NCBI GenBank assembly: GCA_951406725.2
Contig: OX597830.1
Coordinates: 63,798,001-63,862,000 of the forward strand
Direction: 5' to 3'
DNA from: Octopus vulgaris
Taxonomy: Eukaryota
DNA: 64,000 nt
Within the stretch, counting starts at the first letter, position 1; every line of letters starts with the position of its first letter. Made by a program: the position numbers and the translations under genes. Positions 14,930 through 29,245 of this stretch are shown here, one piece after another. The notes beneath the pieces were generated by a model that saw nothing but the letters and a program-made list of their open reading frames with translations, was not told where the DNA came from and ran no database searches.

Positions 14930-15640
14930 GATTAAAATGCCAGTGTGTATAATATTCATAATATGTATACAAACGTGGATAGACACTAGCTGTGATGTTT
15001 TTATTCCACAGAAACTTTTCAGGGATATTTTTGTGCTAAAGAACACAGGATTTCGCTCAATACATTGGTGGATCGTCAGACACACTTTTTCGATTTGATT
15101 TGGTCTCGTCAGTGATAAATACTCTGGATACTGTAAACTAAGCTGAAAAAAACTATTCGTTTCGATATGGCAGCCGGTAAACAAAACCTTTACTGATTTG
15201 TGATAAAGCAAGCCATATTGGATTTAAATCAATATAAGAACTTGAAAGAGTTATAGATTAAGATACTGGTGTATATAAAACTTATAAAGAGAGAACGACA
15301 CTAGGTGTAATATTTGATATTTTGTCTCAGAAAAACATTTCAAAAAAACATGGCTTCCCTGAGAACGCTAGTGGATCGCCAGACACGGAGTTTCGACGTC
15401 ATTTGATCTCCCCAGCGATGAATACACCAGACGTTCTGAGCTAAGACAAAAGTGTTTTTTTCTTTTTCCGATATCAAAATTGGTAAACATAACATTTGAC
15501 GAATTGTGCTAAAGCTAACCAGGCTGGAATTAAATTAATATATGCACATGAAACAGCCTTTGATTAAAATACCGGTGAATATAACATCTTTATTGTGTAT
15601 AGAAACATGGAACAGCACTAGTTACAATATTTTGTTTCAG
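14930..15640. repeat. Diverged tandem repeat, ~305-325 bp period, ~2.3 copies
   Basis: gattaa.at.c.ggtg at 14930, 15256 and 15562; tggatcg.cagacac at ~15069 and ~15372. Confidence 0.75.
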
Positions 15641-15642
15641 AA

Positions 15643-16230
15643 AGGCGGCGAGCTGGCAGAAACGTTAAGCACGCCGGGCGAAATGCTTAGCGGTATTTCG
15701 TCTGCTGCTACGTTCTGAGTTCAAATTCCGCCGAGGTCGACTTTGCCTTTCATCCTTTCGGGGTCGATTAAATAAATACCAGTTACGCACAGGAGTCGAT
15801 ATAATCGACTTAATCCGTCTGTCTGTCCTTGTTTGTCCCTTCTATGTTTAGCCCCTTGTGTGTAATAAAGAAATATGTATTTCGTCTGCTGCTACGTTCT
15901 GAGTTCAAATTCCGCCGAGGTCGACTTTGCCTTTCATACTTTCGGGGTCGATTAAATAAGTACCAGTTACGCACAGGAGTCGATATAATCGACTTAATCC
16001 GTCTGTCTGTCCTTGTTTGTCCCCTCTGTATTTAGCCCCTTGTGTGTAATAAAGAAATATGTATTTCGTCTGCTGCTACGTTCTGAGTTCAAATTCCGCC
16101 GAGGTTGACTTTGCCTTTCATCCTTTCGAAGTCGATAAATTAATTGATTACCAGTTGCGTACATGGGTCAATCTAATCGACTGGAGCCCTTCCCCAAAAA
16201 TTTCGGGCTTTGTGCCTAGAGCAGAAAAGA
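15643..16230 (+). mobile_element. Trimeric tRNA-derived SINE (Meta/MESC-like central domain)
   Basis: Head ggcggcgagctggcagaa (A-box-like), B-box-like gagttcaaattcc, and domain ggtcgactttgcctttcatcctttcggggtcga repeated with a ~183-bp period. Confidence 0.85.
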
Positions 16231-16527
16231 CTATATAAATATTTGTATATTTATGCCTGAATATTCACAGTCTGAAAATTGTCTGTCAATGCCTTCTCTC
16301 TGTTTACATAAATACATTTAAGTATATTTTTGCATATGTAACCCCAAATTTGTTTCTTCGCATAATAGTCTCCATATCTGCTCACCTGGATTTCTCTTGT
16401 AGCCACACTTTGCACCGCGGACTTTGTATTCGGTAAAGGTTTTGGAGTATAAATTCAAATCGTTTGAGCGCTACAAGTGTTTTCTATATTGAGAAGTTCT
16501 GAATCTCATCTGTTGTCTGTCTGTCTG

Positions 16528-16632
<105 letters not shown>

Positions 16633-16661
16633 GCACATATATACATACATACGCATATATA

Positions 16662-16728
<67 letters not shown>

Positions 16729-16951
16729 TTCGTTTTGTTTTGTAAGATTCTTGATGTGAATTCCTGTGTTGAAACAGGTATTGTTGTATTTGGAGATGGC
16801 CATGTTGCCAGCTTAGCCAATGAAAATACGCGCATTATAGATTTGGTGTTTACTTGCTTCAGCTTTATTTTTTATTAATTGTATTAAAATAATTAAACTG
16901 GTAGCATGACCATCTCCAAATACAATATATATATATATGTGTGTATATATA

Positions 16952-17022
<71 letters not shown>

Positions 17023-17023
17023 G

Positions 17024-17223
17024 TATATTGAGAAAAAAGGAGGCAGTCAGAATTTTGGATAATTCTTTATTAGCACCCTTGTTCGTTTATCGAACTCGTC
17101 AAGACAAAATTAGAACCAAAATTTTCATCATTTCGGTTTTAGTTTTGTCTTGATAAGTTCGATAAAGGAACGAGGATGTTAATAAAGAATTATTCAAAAT
17201 TCTGCCTCCTTTTTCTCAGTATA
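17024..17223. repeat. Long palindrome, ~95-bp arms
   Basis: Arms are reverse-complementary around a short loop at ~17123-17129. Confidence 0.9.
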
Positions 17224-17317
17224 AAATACTTGTACCCCACTTCAAACATTCTATACATACATACATACATACATACATACATACATACATACATACATAC
17301 ATACATAAATACATACA

Positions 17318-17353
<36 letters not shown>

Positions 17354-18234
17354 TATATATTTCTTTACTACCCACAAGGGGCTAAACACAGAGGGGACAA
17401 ACAAGGACAGACAAAGGGATTAAGATATATATATACATACATATATATATATAAGTGTGTGTGTATTTTTTCAATGTGTACAAACAACACGGAAAAAATA
17501 AATAAATAGTTACCAAGGTAGCAAAAATTCACGTAAGTGCCAAGGATGTTACAGCCTACTTATAAAGGTAGAAATTAAAGGGTCTAGTGAAATGTTTTTG
17601 TATAACATAGATAAATTAAGAAATAGAGTTAAACGTAGGTGTTACTCAAATCTTTATACTTCCGGCATATGTTTCGAAGAAAACATTGGTTTTATTCATT
17701 CATGGGGGAATAAAATGATGTAAAACAATGTAATCATCTCATCTGAGAAAAAAAAAGAGAAACAAAACACACCAGTGAGCCATTTTAACCGAATGCCATT
17801 ACCGCGTATATAATGAAGGGAACGCTGGGAAGTTATTTAAAAAAAAGGATCTTTACCTTTTGACCTACAGATTTAAAAAAATAATTTTTTGTAACTAAAC
17901 ACTTTCAAACTTCGGACACTGGTACAATGTGTCAGATAAAACATGTTTCATTCTTAGCATTTTTGAGAAAAACTTATATTAACGAAGATATTTCACCTTA
18001 AAGTTCTCGTATTTCGGTAATTTCAACGTGTATTCAGCTGGAAAAAAAAATTACTGCTGATCGACCCCAGTTTTTGATTTCTTTTTAAAGTCTGTTACTT
18101 GTTTCATTGCTCTCTTTGCCGAACTGCTGACACACTGGGACGTAAACAAACCAACACCGGTTATCAAGTGATGGGAGATCCAAACACACACCCACACCCA
18201 CACATACATACACACACACGCACATATATGTCGG

Positions 18235-18660
18235 GAGAATTCACAAAAAAAAGACGAAACAGGTGGTGTAGACAACAAACAGATGTATTAGTTTAACGCT
18301 CGGGAAGTGAAAAGTCTTTAACGTTTCGAGCCTACGCTCTTCCACAGAAAGGAAAACAGAAAGAAACAAGGAGAGAAAGTAAAGAATGTGTAGTGGCGAG
18401 CGATCTAGCGTGGTGAATGCCAGACAGAGGGGTCACACAGGAGAGCTAGGAAGAAGGGAAGATAATAGAGTAGTGGTGATCCCAAAACGAAGGTGCGCCT
18501 GCGCGTGTATTAGAGAGCATGTATGTACGTGTGGAAGAGGGCTGGTGACCTTTCGGAAGTCGGGGCGGAAACACACGCCGGCATCTCTTCGGAGTTTTAT
18601 GGCTACTGAATAATTGTCACATATTTACAGATAAATTCCTCTATTTACATAATATCGAGG
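18235..18660 (-). mobile_element. Penelope-like terminal-repeat fragments (copies also at 19540-19790, 35870-36045, 49890-50083)
   Basis: Shared sequence next to (TA)n tracts, each carrying a minimal hammerhead-like motif. Confidence 0.6.
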
Positions 18661-19246
18661 TCTCTTTCATTCTTTTGTTGCCTTACCATTTCTATCAATA
18701 TATATATATATATATAGTGACGTATATTTGCCATATAAATATGGCTAACACCTGTGGGTGGATGCTACTGTATATACCTTATAAATTAAAATTAATATTT
18801 AATATTATAGTCGATTTTGATATAATCATAATTGTTAAGTTTTATGTTTCTAGTTTGATAATAGAGTTTATTATAAGTAAAATTATTATATTATTTATAT
18901 CTTAAAAATATTGTTTATATATTTCTGATTATATTTTAGATATTTCAATTAACCTGAAGATTGACTGTAACCATAACTCGTATTATTACGAATTGTACAG
19001 CCATGAAACGATCGTAGTGTCTTACTCTTTATCTTTTATTAAACTTTTAATACTTTTGATATATATTTAAAATAATATAAATTAATTAATTTTATGTATT
19101 GGCTTATGTTTTTCATTGTTTGATTTGCCTAATAGTGGTTTTATCTCTAATTAATATAATATAATATAATATATTTATACTATAAAATTGGATTTAATCC
19201 TAAATCTGATATTTCCCTGTAAGTTTGGATTTATTCCTTAATATTT

Positions 19247-19346
<100 letters not shown>

Positions 19347-19440
19347 CACACACACACACTCATTGCGTGGCACTGAACGCGGAACCAAGTGGTTAGGAAG
19401 TAAGCTGCTTACCATACAGCCACCCTGCGCCTATGTATGT

Positions 19441-19540
<100 letters not shown>

Positions 19541-20470
19541 GGGAAGGTTTACGAAAATAAACAAAAGACGAAGGCAGATGGAGTACAAACAAACAAATGT
19601 ATTAGTATTGCGCTCAGGAATAAAAATAGAACAAGACTTTTACGTTTCGAGCCTACGCACTTCGACAGAAAGAAACACAGAAAAAAACAAGGAGAGAAAC
19701 AAGGAGAGAAAAAAAATGCGTGTAGGAGCTAACGATCTATCATGGCGTTCTGACTTCGGGCAGAGGTCAGAGGAGCGAGTATAAAAGATATAGAAAGCCA
19801 GACACACACACACACACACATATTAGTACCCACATGCATACATGTATATATGCATTTATACATAGATGTGGTTGTGTGTGCGCGTGTGTGTATGTCTGTG
19901 TGGAGGTATCGTGTGTAAACGTGGGGATACAGTTAACACCAAAATACTCAACAATGTCGGGTTATCATAAAAGGAAAACTTATTTCAAATCTGTTTGGAT
20001 TCTCAGCACTGCGTTACTCAACATTCGCGACCTCACTTCATAAAGCAATATGTTATGGACATGCACAAAATATGTTTTACTGATATGTATAACGGACGTA
20101 GTGCAGAAATGTACGTTTATGTAACGCACCCATATATCTATTGTTCTAGTGTGGCCACTGAAGCGGGTGACATCTTCCGGTTAGATGTCTATATATAGCT
20201 GATGGTCTCATCCTAATACCTGAGAGGGTTGGAGGGCTGGACTACAAAAAGCCACGCCCACCTGTATGTCAATCCTGTAAATTTAAAATCAGTGTTTCTT
20301 ATATATATATATACATGGATATATTTGTATGTATGCATGTATGTACGTACGTACGTATGTATGTATGTATGTATGTATGTATGTATGTATGTATGTATGT
20401 ATGTATGTATGTATGTATGTATATATATATATATATGTATATATAAAAAATATATATATACATACATACA

Positions 20471-20543
<73 letters not shown>

Positions 20544-20690
20544 ATATATATGTATGTATATATATATATAGTCAAGGGAAACCCCATGGTCGTAACCTCA
20601 ACCGTGTCTTTTCTGGTGTGATTTTTGCTGCACAGGTATCGGTTAAATTTTGAATAATCCGTAACAAGATAATTCATTTATCTATTTCAT

Positions 20691-20768
<78 letters not shown>

Positions 20769-21222
20769 CTATTGCGGTGATATAAAAGATTGTAATAGAA
20801 AGGAGTGTATATAAAAGCAATATATACATATATATATATATATGTTCGCGCGTGCGCGTGTGTGACAGATAACTAATGGGTGTGTTTAAGATGAGAGGTG
20901 GTGTGTGTTGTGGAGGGGCAGGCGGTTTAGTACCAAACCTTGCTGGGGAATAAGGGAAACAAGAATATTTTGCTTGATATAATGATGACAAATATCGTTG
21001 TGACGACAAAGAAACGTAAATTTAAAGGATGCATATGGGAGAAGGAGGAAGAGGAGGGGGAGAAGGAGCAGGAGAGGAAAAGGAAGTGGAGGAAGAGGTG
21101 AAGGACGAGATGACGAGGAGGGGGAGGAGGAGGAGGAGGTGAAGGTGGTAGTGGAGAAGAGGGTGGGGTTAGACAGAATATCAACGGGAAAATGTTCCTT
21201 AAGATGACGTTTTTAATTTTTA

Positions 21223-21622
21223 CTAGCAGTATCGCCCGGCGTTGCTCGGGTTTGTAAGGGAAATAACTATATTAGCATTTTTAGAGAGTTATAGCCAAGA
21301 AATAGCAAAATAATGCATTAAAAATGGGCAAAAAATGATGGTATTTTTTTTTTAATCGTTGACTCATCGTAGACATTTTTAGAGAGTTACTTCCCTTATA
21401 TAATAGCGAAAAAATGCATTAAAATGGAAAAAAATGATGGTAATTTTTTTTTAAAATCGTATACTCATCGTAGACGCGCGCTAATACCCAGAAGGGCTCG
21501 ATATGAATCTCGACTATAAGATACCCGGTTTTGGTTAAACTGCACCGCAAAATGTGGGAGTAGTTAGGAATCTAAATCGTAGGAGACAGACACTCACACA
21601 ACTACAGTTTTATATATAAAGA
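21223..21622 (-). mobile_element. Non-autonomous Helitron
   Basis: Minus strand begins A|TCTTTATATATA and ends with hairpin cccgagcaacgccggg then CTAG|T; contains an internal ~100-bp direct repeat. Confidence 0.75.
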
Positions 21623-21982
21623 TAAAGATTGGAAGATTGGACACATATTCGCGCTTATGCGTATATGTGCATACATCCGTGTACATGCAAACATACGTAC
21701 GTATGTATATTTTCGCAGGACTGACCATTATACATATATATATATACACACATTCACACATTAATATATACGTATACATGCACATATATGCATGGTCATA
21801 CACACATTCACTTAATATACATACATGCAGAGGTACACAGACATGTATATATACAAACGTTATTCATGTGTGTGTCTGCGCGCGCGCGTATATATATATA
21901 TATATATAATGCATCATATATATATATATATATATATATTATACATTATATATATACGGATATTTATATACATATATTATAG

Positions 21983-22036
<54 letters not shown>

Positions 22037-22752
22037 TATGTCCATATACTTACCTACATGTATATATGGCGTGTATATGTGTGCGCGCGCGCGTATACTT
22101 TCTGTACAGTAGAAGATGATACATGAAAGAAAATGGTTGAATTATCCAAGTTTCAATACACAATACATAGTTCCGCCTTCTCTTACCTGTCCAACCCAGG
22201 CAAGCGTGGAAAACGACGACAAGGTTCGAATCTCCTTCGCAGTCCAGTAAATTTTAAGGAGGTGCAGCAGAAAAAACCGATTGCTCTTATTTCGATGCAT
22301 GTTGGTTTCAAGTCTTGACACAAATCCAACAATTTCGGGTGGGGTGGGGTGGGGTGGGGTTTGGTGGAGGAGGAGATTAAGTCAATTACATCGACTCCAG
22401 TGCTTCAACTGGTGCTTATTTTATAGACCCCAAAAGGATAAAAAGCAAAGACGACTTCGGCGGAATTCGAACGTAGAGACTGAAGAAATGCCGCAAAGCA
22501 GTTTGTCTGTCGCCCTAATGACTCTGCCATCTTGCCGCTTTACATAACAATCCTTTCTACTATAAGCACAAGGCCTGGAATTTTGACGGAGAGGAAGCTG
22601 GTAGATGTACATCGACCCCCGAAATTGTTTGGCGCTTTATTTTATCGACCTGGAAAGGCTAGAAGGCAAAGTCGACTTCGGCGGAATTTGAACTTAGAAC
22701 GTAAAGACGGACGAAATGCCCAGCGTGTAAACGACTCTGCCAGCTCGCCGCC

Positions 22753-22810
<58 letters not shown>

Positions 22811-22812
22811 TG

Positions 22813-22870
<58 letters not shown>

Positions 22871-22893
22871 TAATAATAATAATAATAATAATA

Positions 22894-22959
<66 letters not shown>

Positions 22960-22984
22960 GTAGTAGTAATAATAATAATAATAT

Positions 22985-23103
<119 letters not shown>

Positions 23104-23308
23104 TAATCTGGCAGAACCGTTTGTACGCCGGGCGAAATTCTTAGCAGTATTTCGTCTGTCTATACGTTCTGAGTTCAAACTCCGCCGAGGTCGACTTTGC
23201 CTTTCATCCTTTCGGGGTCGATAAATTAAGTACCAGTTGTACACTGGGCTCGATCTAATCGACTGGCCCCCCTCCCCCCAAATTTCGGGCCTTGTGCCTA
23301 GAGTAGAA

Positions 23309-23349
<41 letters not shown>

Positions 23350-23609
23350 TAATAATAATAATAATAATAATGGCCTGATGCAATACTAGGCACTGGCTCT
23401 CATGGCCTCTGATCTTAACTGATTGGAATGGTTATCATTTACATGTTTTGTCTTGGCCACAGAAAATATTCTGCCATAGATTTGTTTGCTACACATGCAA
23501 AACACAAGGCACTCCAACGAAACCTGTGATAAAGAGAAAATGATGATGATGATGATGATGACGACGACGACGACGACGACGATGACGACGATGATAATGA
23601 TGATGATGA

Positions 23610-24495
23610 TTAATGGTCCTTTTTCTTCTAGCGCTGACTTAAGCCGCTCAAGCTGCTCGCAGTAAATCTCCTTTGTTATCGTTTGGTTTGGGTTGAAAAG
23701 TTCAAAGTAGACTAAACCTTTCATATCCCACCAAACAGACAGCAACACGTTACGTGGGTGAAGACCTTCTTTAGCTTGGGGTACCGGTGTTTCTCCTTTC
23801 GCTACCCACTGTCTTCGGCGCTTGATATTTTTATAGAGAACCCATTCCTCGTCATCAGTCAATATTCGGTCCAAAAAAAGATTCATTCGTGAGACTTGAC
23901 AGCAAACAAGAGCACACATTCATTCTCTGCGCGCAATTAGACACGGAAAATTCGTGAGGAACCCAATGACTCAATTTGCTGTCTTTTCGATGGCACGCAG
24001 GTATCAATGAATGGTTGAATGACCAAATCCAAGCTTCTCTGCCAGTTCCTCAACAGTTACTACAGGATTTTGTTCCACCAGGGTTTGCAGGACGTCCGCG
24101 TCGAGCTCTGCAGATCTTCCAGGACGAGGCTCGTCTTCTAGGCTGTAGTTTCCGGCTCGAAATTTCAGGAACCACCGTTGAAACTGACTTACGCTTACTG
24201 TCCGATCTCCATGTACTGCATTAATATTCCTCGCACTTTCCATTGCATTGTTGCTATTATTGACCTCATATAGCAAAATATGCTGAATATGCTCCTTTAT
24301 CCCTTTCATTACAGCTTTGAAAAAATAACTGTTAAAATTGAACTGCACTCTTCAAAACTTGCGCTAAGAATAAGGAGAAAGTAAAATTACGACCTGCTTT
24401 TATAGCAAGTTGATGCAGGTAGTTTATCCTGTCCCCCTCCAACTTTTAGTTCATGCAATTGAAAAAAATCGCATTATTTATAGGATGGCCCAATA
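23610..24495 (-). mobile_element. Mariner transposon, 5' ~two thirds, decayed
   Basis: ORFs with SLEDEPRPGR, FLDRILTDDEEWVLY and GLHPRNVLLSVWWD (SETMAR/mariner-like); TIR-like end at ~24470-24495; truncated at a (GAT)n tract. Confidence 0.85.
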
Positions 24496-25543
24496 TATTC
24501 TTTCTAATTTTGGCCCAAGGCCATCAATTTTGAGGAGAGAGGGAGGTTGATCACATCGACCCTAATGCTCACTGGTACTTTATTTTTTGACCCCAAAAGG
24601 ATCAAAGTCCAATTTTAACTCAGTGGAATTCGTACTCAGATTGTAAAGAGGCGGAAGAAATTTTTCTGACGTTCAAACAATTCTTATTTTTTATTGCCCA
24701 CAAGGGACTAAACTCAGAGGGGACAAACAAGGACAGACAAAGGGATTAAGTCGATTACATCGACCCCAGTGCGTAACTGGTACTTATTTAATCGACCCCG
24801 AAAGGATGAAAGGCAAAGTCGACCTCGGCGGAATTTGAACTCAGAACATAACGACAGACGAAATACTGCTAAGCATTTCGCCCGGCGTGCTAGCGATTCT
24901 GCCAGCTCGCCGCCTTTATGTTCAGACAATTCTGACAGCTCGTCGTCTGATCCACTAAGATTTGAGTTCGTATCCATTCCACGTCGCCAGATTGGAACGT
25001 CTTCTAAGCTGGTAAGAGCGGATTCACGTCAACGAGTAATGGCCTGCCAGACTGCTATCAGGGTAATATCGCTCGTAGATGAAGGGGCGCCACAATGAAC
25101 AATGTCCGAGCAATGTCCGAGCACTGTTGTACTACGGAGAACCTCACGGTCGAGACTCCTCGCCGCCACACATTTCAATAGACCACCATTATAACTGCTA
25201 GTCATAATGTCGTGAGTCCGATTCCTGGACCGAATGTTCCATCGTGCCCTTAATCCAAGCACGACAAATCATTTTGCTCCGGTCTCTCCAGCTGAAAAGA
25301 GTATCGGTTGAGTGTTGGTGCAGCCCCCTCTCTCACTGTCTCTCTATCTCTTTGTCAGCCTCTCTGTCCTTCTGTTGGTCTATCTGTCTGTCTGTCTCTG
25401 TCTTTCTCTCTCTCTCTTTCTCTCCGTGAACCTCTCTCTGTTTATCTGTCTCTCTCATCTCTCATTTTGTGAGCCTCTCTAACTCTCTCCCCCTCTGTTT
25501 GTCTTTCTGTCACTCTATCAACTTTTATATATTTATTTGCCTG

Positions 25544-25604
<61 letters not shown>

Positions 25605-25859
25605 CTATCTCTATCTCTCTCATCAACCTCTCTGTCTATACTTCTCTCCCTGTCACTCTATCTGTTTGTCTCTCTCTCTCTCTCTCTCTGTCTATCTGTC
25701 TGTCTGTCTCACTCTTTCTCTCTGCGAACCTCTCTCTTTCTCTCTGTATTTCTCATTTTGTAATCCTATCTGTCTTTCACTCCCTCTGTGATCCTCTCCG
25801 TCTAACTCTATCCCCCTCTGTCTTTCTGTCCCTCTCTCAACCTTTATTTATTTGACCGG

Positions 25860-25900
<41 letters not shown>

Positions 25901-26136
25901 ATTTGTCACATCCTCGATGTTCTGCTGGATCAAGGATGGGTGATCCTTGAGGGTATTTATATTTGCTCGCAACAATATAAGCCCTTAAAAGAATTAACGA
26001 AATCATGCTACATGTTGCCGAACCATATTCGCTGCAAGTGACAGCTGTTCGATTAATCATATTTGTCTATAACGAAACCATGGGCAACACTTTTATCAAA
26101 ATACACAAACGTTAGAGTATATTTTCTAAAAGTCCA

Positions 26137-26404
26137 TAGGCGCAGGAGTGGCTGTATGGAAAGTAGCTTGTTTACCAGCCACATGGTTCCGGGTTCAGTC
26201 CCACTGCGTGGCACCTTGGGCAAGTGTCTTCTACTATAGCCTTGGGCCGACCAAAGCCTTGTGAGTGGATTTGGTAGACGGAAACTGAAAGAAGCCCGTC
26301 GTATATATGTATATATATGTATGTGTGTGTAAGTTCCGGGGTCGAGTTGCTCGATTAAAGGCGGTGCTCCAGCATGGCCGCAGTCAAAATGACTGAAACA
26401 AGTA
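26137..26404 (+). mobile_element. CORE-like SINE copy, internally deleted
   Basis: Starts taggcgcaggagtggctgt, ends gactgaaacaagtaaaa. Confidence 0.85.
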
Positions 26405-27455
26405 AAAAAAAAAAAAAGAAAGCTGTGTGGTAAGAAGCTTGCTTCCGGTCGAAGACTTCGGTCGTGTGTTTTTTTTTTTTGCGCTCTGTGAGTTGTCAAA
26501 TTTTAGTTTTGAAACCGTTAATTATTGTAAACTGTTGTTGAAAATTGTTTTTGTGAACTGTTGCCTATTTGCAGGCTGTGTTGGACAAGTTTATCCCTCG
26601 GTATTCCAGGGAATTGCGAAAACTTCTGTCGCCATTTGGTAATTGTTTATTCGTGAATTCATCAACGGAGTACATTTTTTAAAAATTTAGCCTCTGTAGG
26701 CACTCGTGGCAGAAACGTTAGCACACCGGGCGAAATGCTTAGCGGTATTTCATCTGCCGCTACGTTCTGAGTTCAAATTCCGCCGAGGTCGACTTTGCTT
26801 TTCATCCTCTCGGGGTCGATTAAATAAGTACTAGTTACGCACTGGGGTCGATATAATCGACTTAATCCGTTTGTCTGTCCTTGTTTGTCTCCTCTATGTT
26901 TAGCCCCTTGTGGGTAGTAAAGAAATAGGATGGACGTAGCTCGAATTTCTTTCATCATAGGCCTGTTGGATCAAGGCTGACTTGGGCAACATTTTAGAGC
27001 GGCGGGCAAAAAATCTCCAAAGAAAAAGGTCCGCGAGTGGAGATGGCTATGAATAATTTTTACACAGTATCTTCTACAATCTTTCAGCTTTCGTTTCAGA
27101 TAAAAATTATTTCGATACATGCAATTTATTTTTAGTTTTCTCAGTTAGGGTGTAGTTGGGTCTCAAGGGGTCGGTACAGACCTAGTAATATGTGTTTTAT
27201 AGTTAAAACAAAATTTCCGTTCAAATGGCAATTACCGGACGATTTCTGTTCTAGTCTGACCGCTTCCGCTCGTAGCAGAAACGCGAGCTATGTCGCAAAT
27301 AGGCATACGGCTATTGTATGAATTTATAATTGAAAGATTTTCTATATTTTGTACATACAAGTATATCATCCTGCGAGAGCAATAAAATGTGTTCACGGGT
27401 GCAATTGCACTCGCGAGCGGAGGTTTCCCCACCCCTGGTCTAATACAACAACTAA

Positions 27456-27666
27456 CCCTTTTATTACCGTGAGATGCTCTGTGTTTCTTTCAGTTACTTT
27501 AAGTATAACAAAGAATTTAGCAAAATAACTTAGGTATCATTCAGCTAGTGTTAGGAACATAAATTGTGACTAAGGTTTAGTGGAAGATTTTAATTCAAAA
27601 CTTACGAAAACATGACATTTGTACTCAGGGCCAGAGGCGGTTTCAACTGGGTTGGTAACGAAAGGG
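27456..27666. mobile_element. piggyBac-like MITE
   Basis: Termini cccttttattacc / ggtaacgaaaggg with degenerate TTAA flanks. Confidence 0.6.
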
Positions 27667-28286
27667 TAACGTTCGAGTTACCTAACGTGTCAAGTTGGCA
27701 GAATGGTAAGCATGCCAGACAAAATGCTTAGTGGCATGTTGTCGATGCTTTGAGTTCAAATACCGTCGAGGCTGACTTTCATTTTCATTCTTTCGGGGTC
27801 AATAAAATAAGTACCAGTTACGCACTAGGGTCAGTGTAATCGACTTAATCCCTTCCCCCAGATTTGAATCTTATACATTCCTCGAAATTGCTGGCCATGC
27901 GTGGGACTCATAGACACACATTCTGTAGAATTATTATGTATTGACCTGCTAGAAACAGCAATCAAATCACGCTCAAATGGTTCAGTGTTTATTAAAAAAA
28001 GGAAAGACAAGATTTACTAAATAGTAACTTCGAAAAAAACCCTTTTTTTTTTGTTAGTCTGCTCGTTTTTTCTTGGGGGTTTGGCTTGAGAGAAGTGGCC
28101 GTGGCCTGCGCCTTCACAGACCTCTCAAAATCGGTGAGATTAATGCGATTCATGTTATTCTGGAACAAATCTATGTATTTATCTCCACCACACACACTCA
28201 CATACACACACACACACACACACACACGCGCGCACACACCATAAACGAGATAGATAGATTATCAAGAGAGAGAGAGAGAGAGAGAG

Positions 28287-28413
<127 letters not shown>

Positions 28414-28450
28414 TAGATAGATAGAGAGAGAGATGGATAGATAGATAGAG

Positions 28451-28520
<70 letters not shown>

Positions 28521-28619
28521 GCAGTTATTCCTTTTCCACCTAGACTTTCTCCCGCCTTCAACTTGCGAACACACACATTCACACATACATACACACACCA
28601 CGACATCTCCCAATCATTT

Positions 28620-29214
28620 TTTTTTATCTTTCTTCCTCCCCCTGTCGTCCCTTCCTACTCCCTCTCTCTCTCTCTCTCTCTCTCTCCTTATCCTCTTCCT
28701 ATTCTCTCTCTCTCTCTCTCTCTTCTTTCTCCGCCCATCTCTATCTCCTTTTAGCCCTCCTCCCACTTATGTTCTTCCTCTTCTCTTGCCTTCACCTCCC
28801 TGAACTCTCTCTATCTCACTCGCTCTTTCCCTCAACCCCTCTTTCCCTCAGCCCCTCTTTCTGTATCTCTCCCCCTTCCTATCTCTCTCTCTCTCCCTCC
28901 CTCACTCTCCGCCTCTCTATTTCACTCATTAACTCTGCCTCCTCTCTCTTTCTATCTTCCTCTTCTCTCTTAATCACTCCTTACGTCTTTTTCCTCTCTC
29001 ACTTACTATCAATTCTCTCCCTCTCTCTCTCTCTCTCACTCTTTGTCTCTATTTGTCTCTCTTCATCTCACCTCACTCTTTCTTTTCTCTCGGTCATTCT
29101 CATCATCGCTTCCTCTCTCTTCCTTTCTTTCCATCTCTCTCTCTCTCTCTCTCTCTCTAACTCATTATCTCCGCCTCTCATTTTCTTTCATTCACTATCT
29201 CTTCCACACACACA

Positions 29215-29245
<31 letters not shown>

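Noticed and set aside
15643-16230. Regularly spaced repeats resembling a CRISPR array
   Set aside because: Eukaryotic SINE units with no unique spacers and no cas genes.
22337-22360. (GGGGT)n G-quadruplex-forming run
   Set aside because: Expansion within a SINE's G-rich tail; no evidence of function.
23386-24348. Possible functional or domesticated mariner transposase
   Set aside because: Frameshifted and truncated before the second and third catalytic Asp.
24920-25320. GC-richer coding-like stretch (also 26440-26700)
   Set aside because: No recognisable motif or splice structure; most likely LINE fragments, but not supportable as a call.
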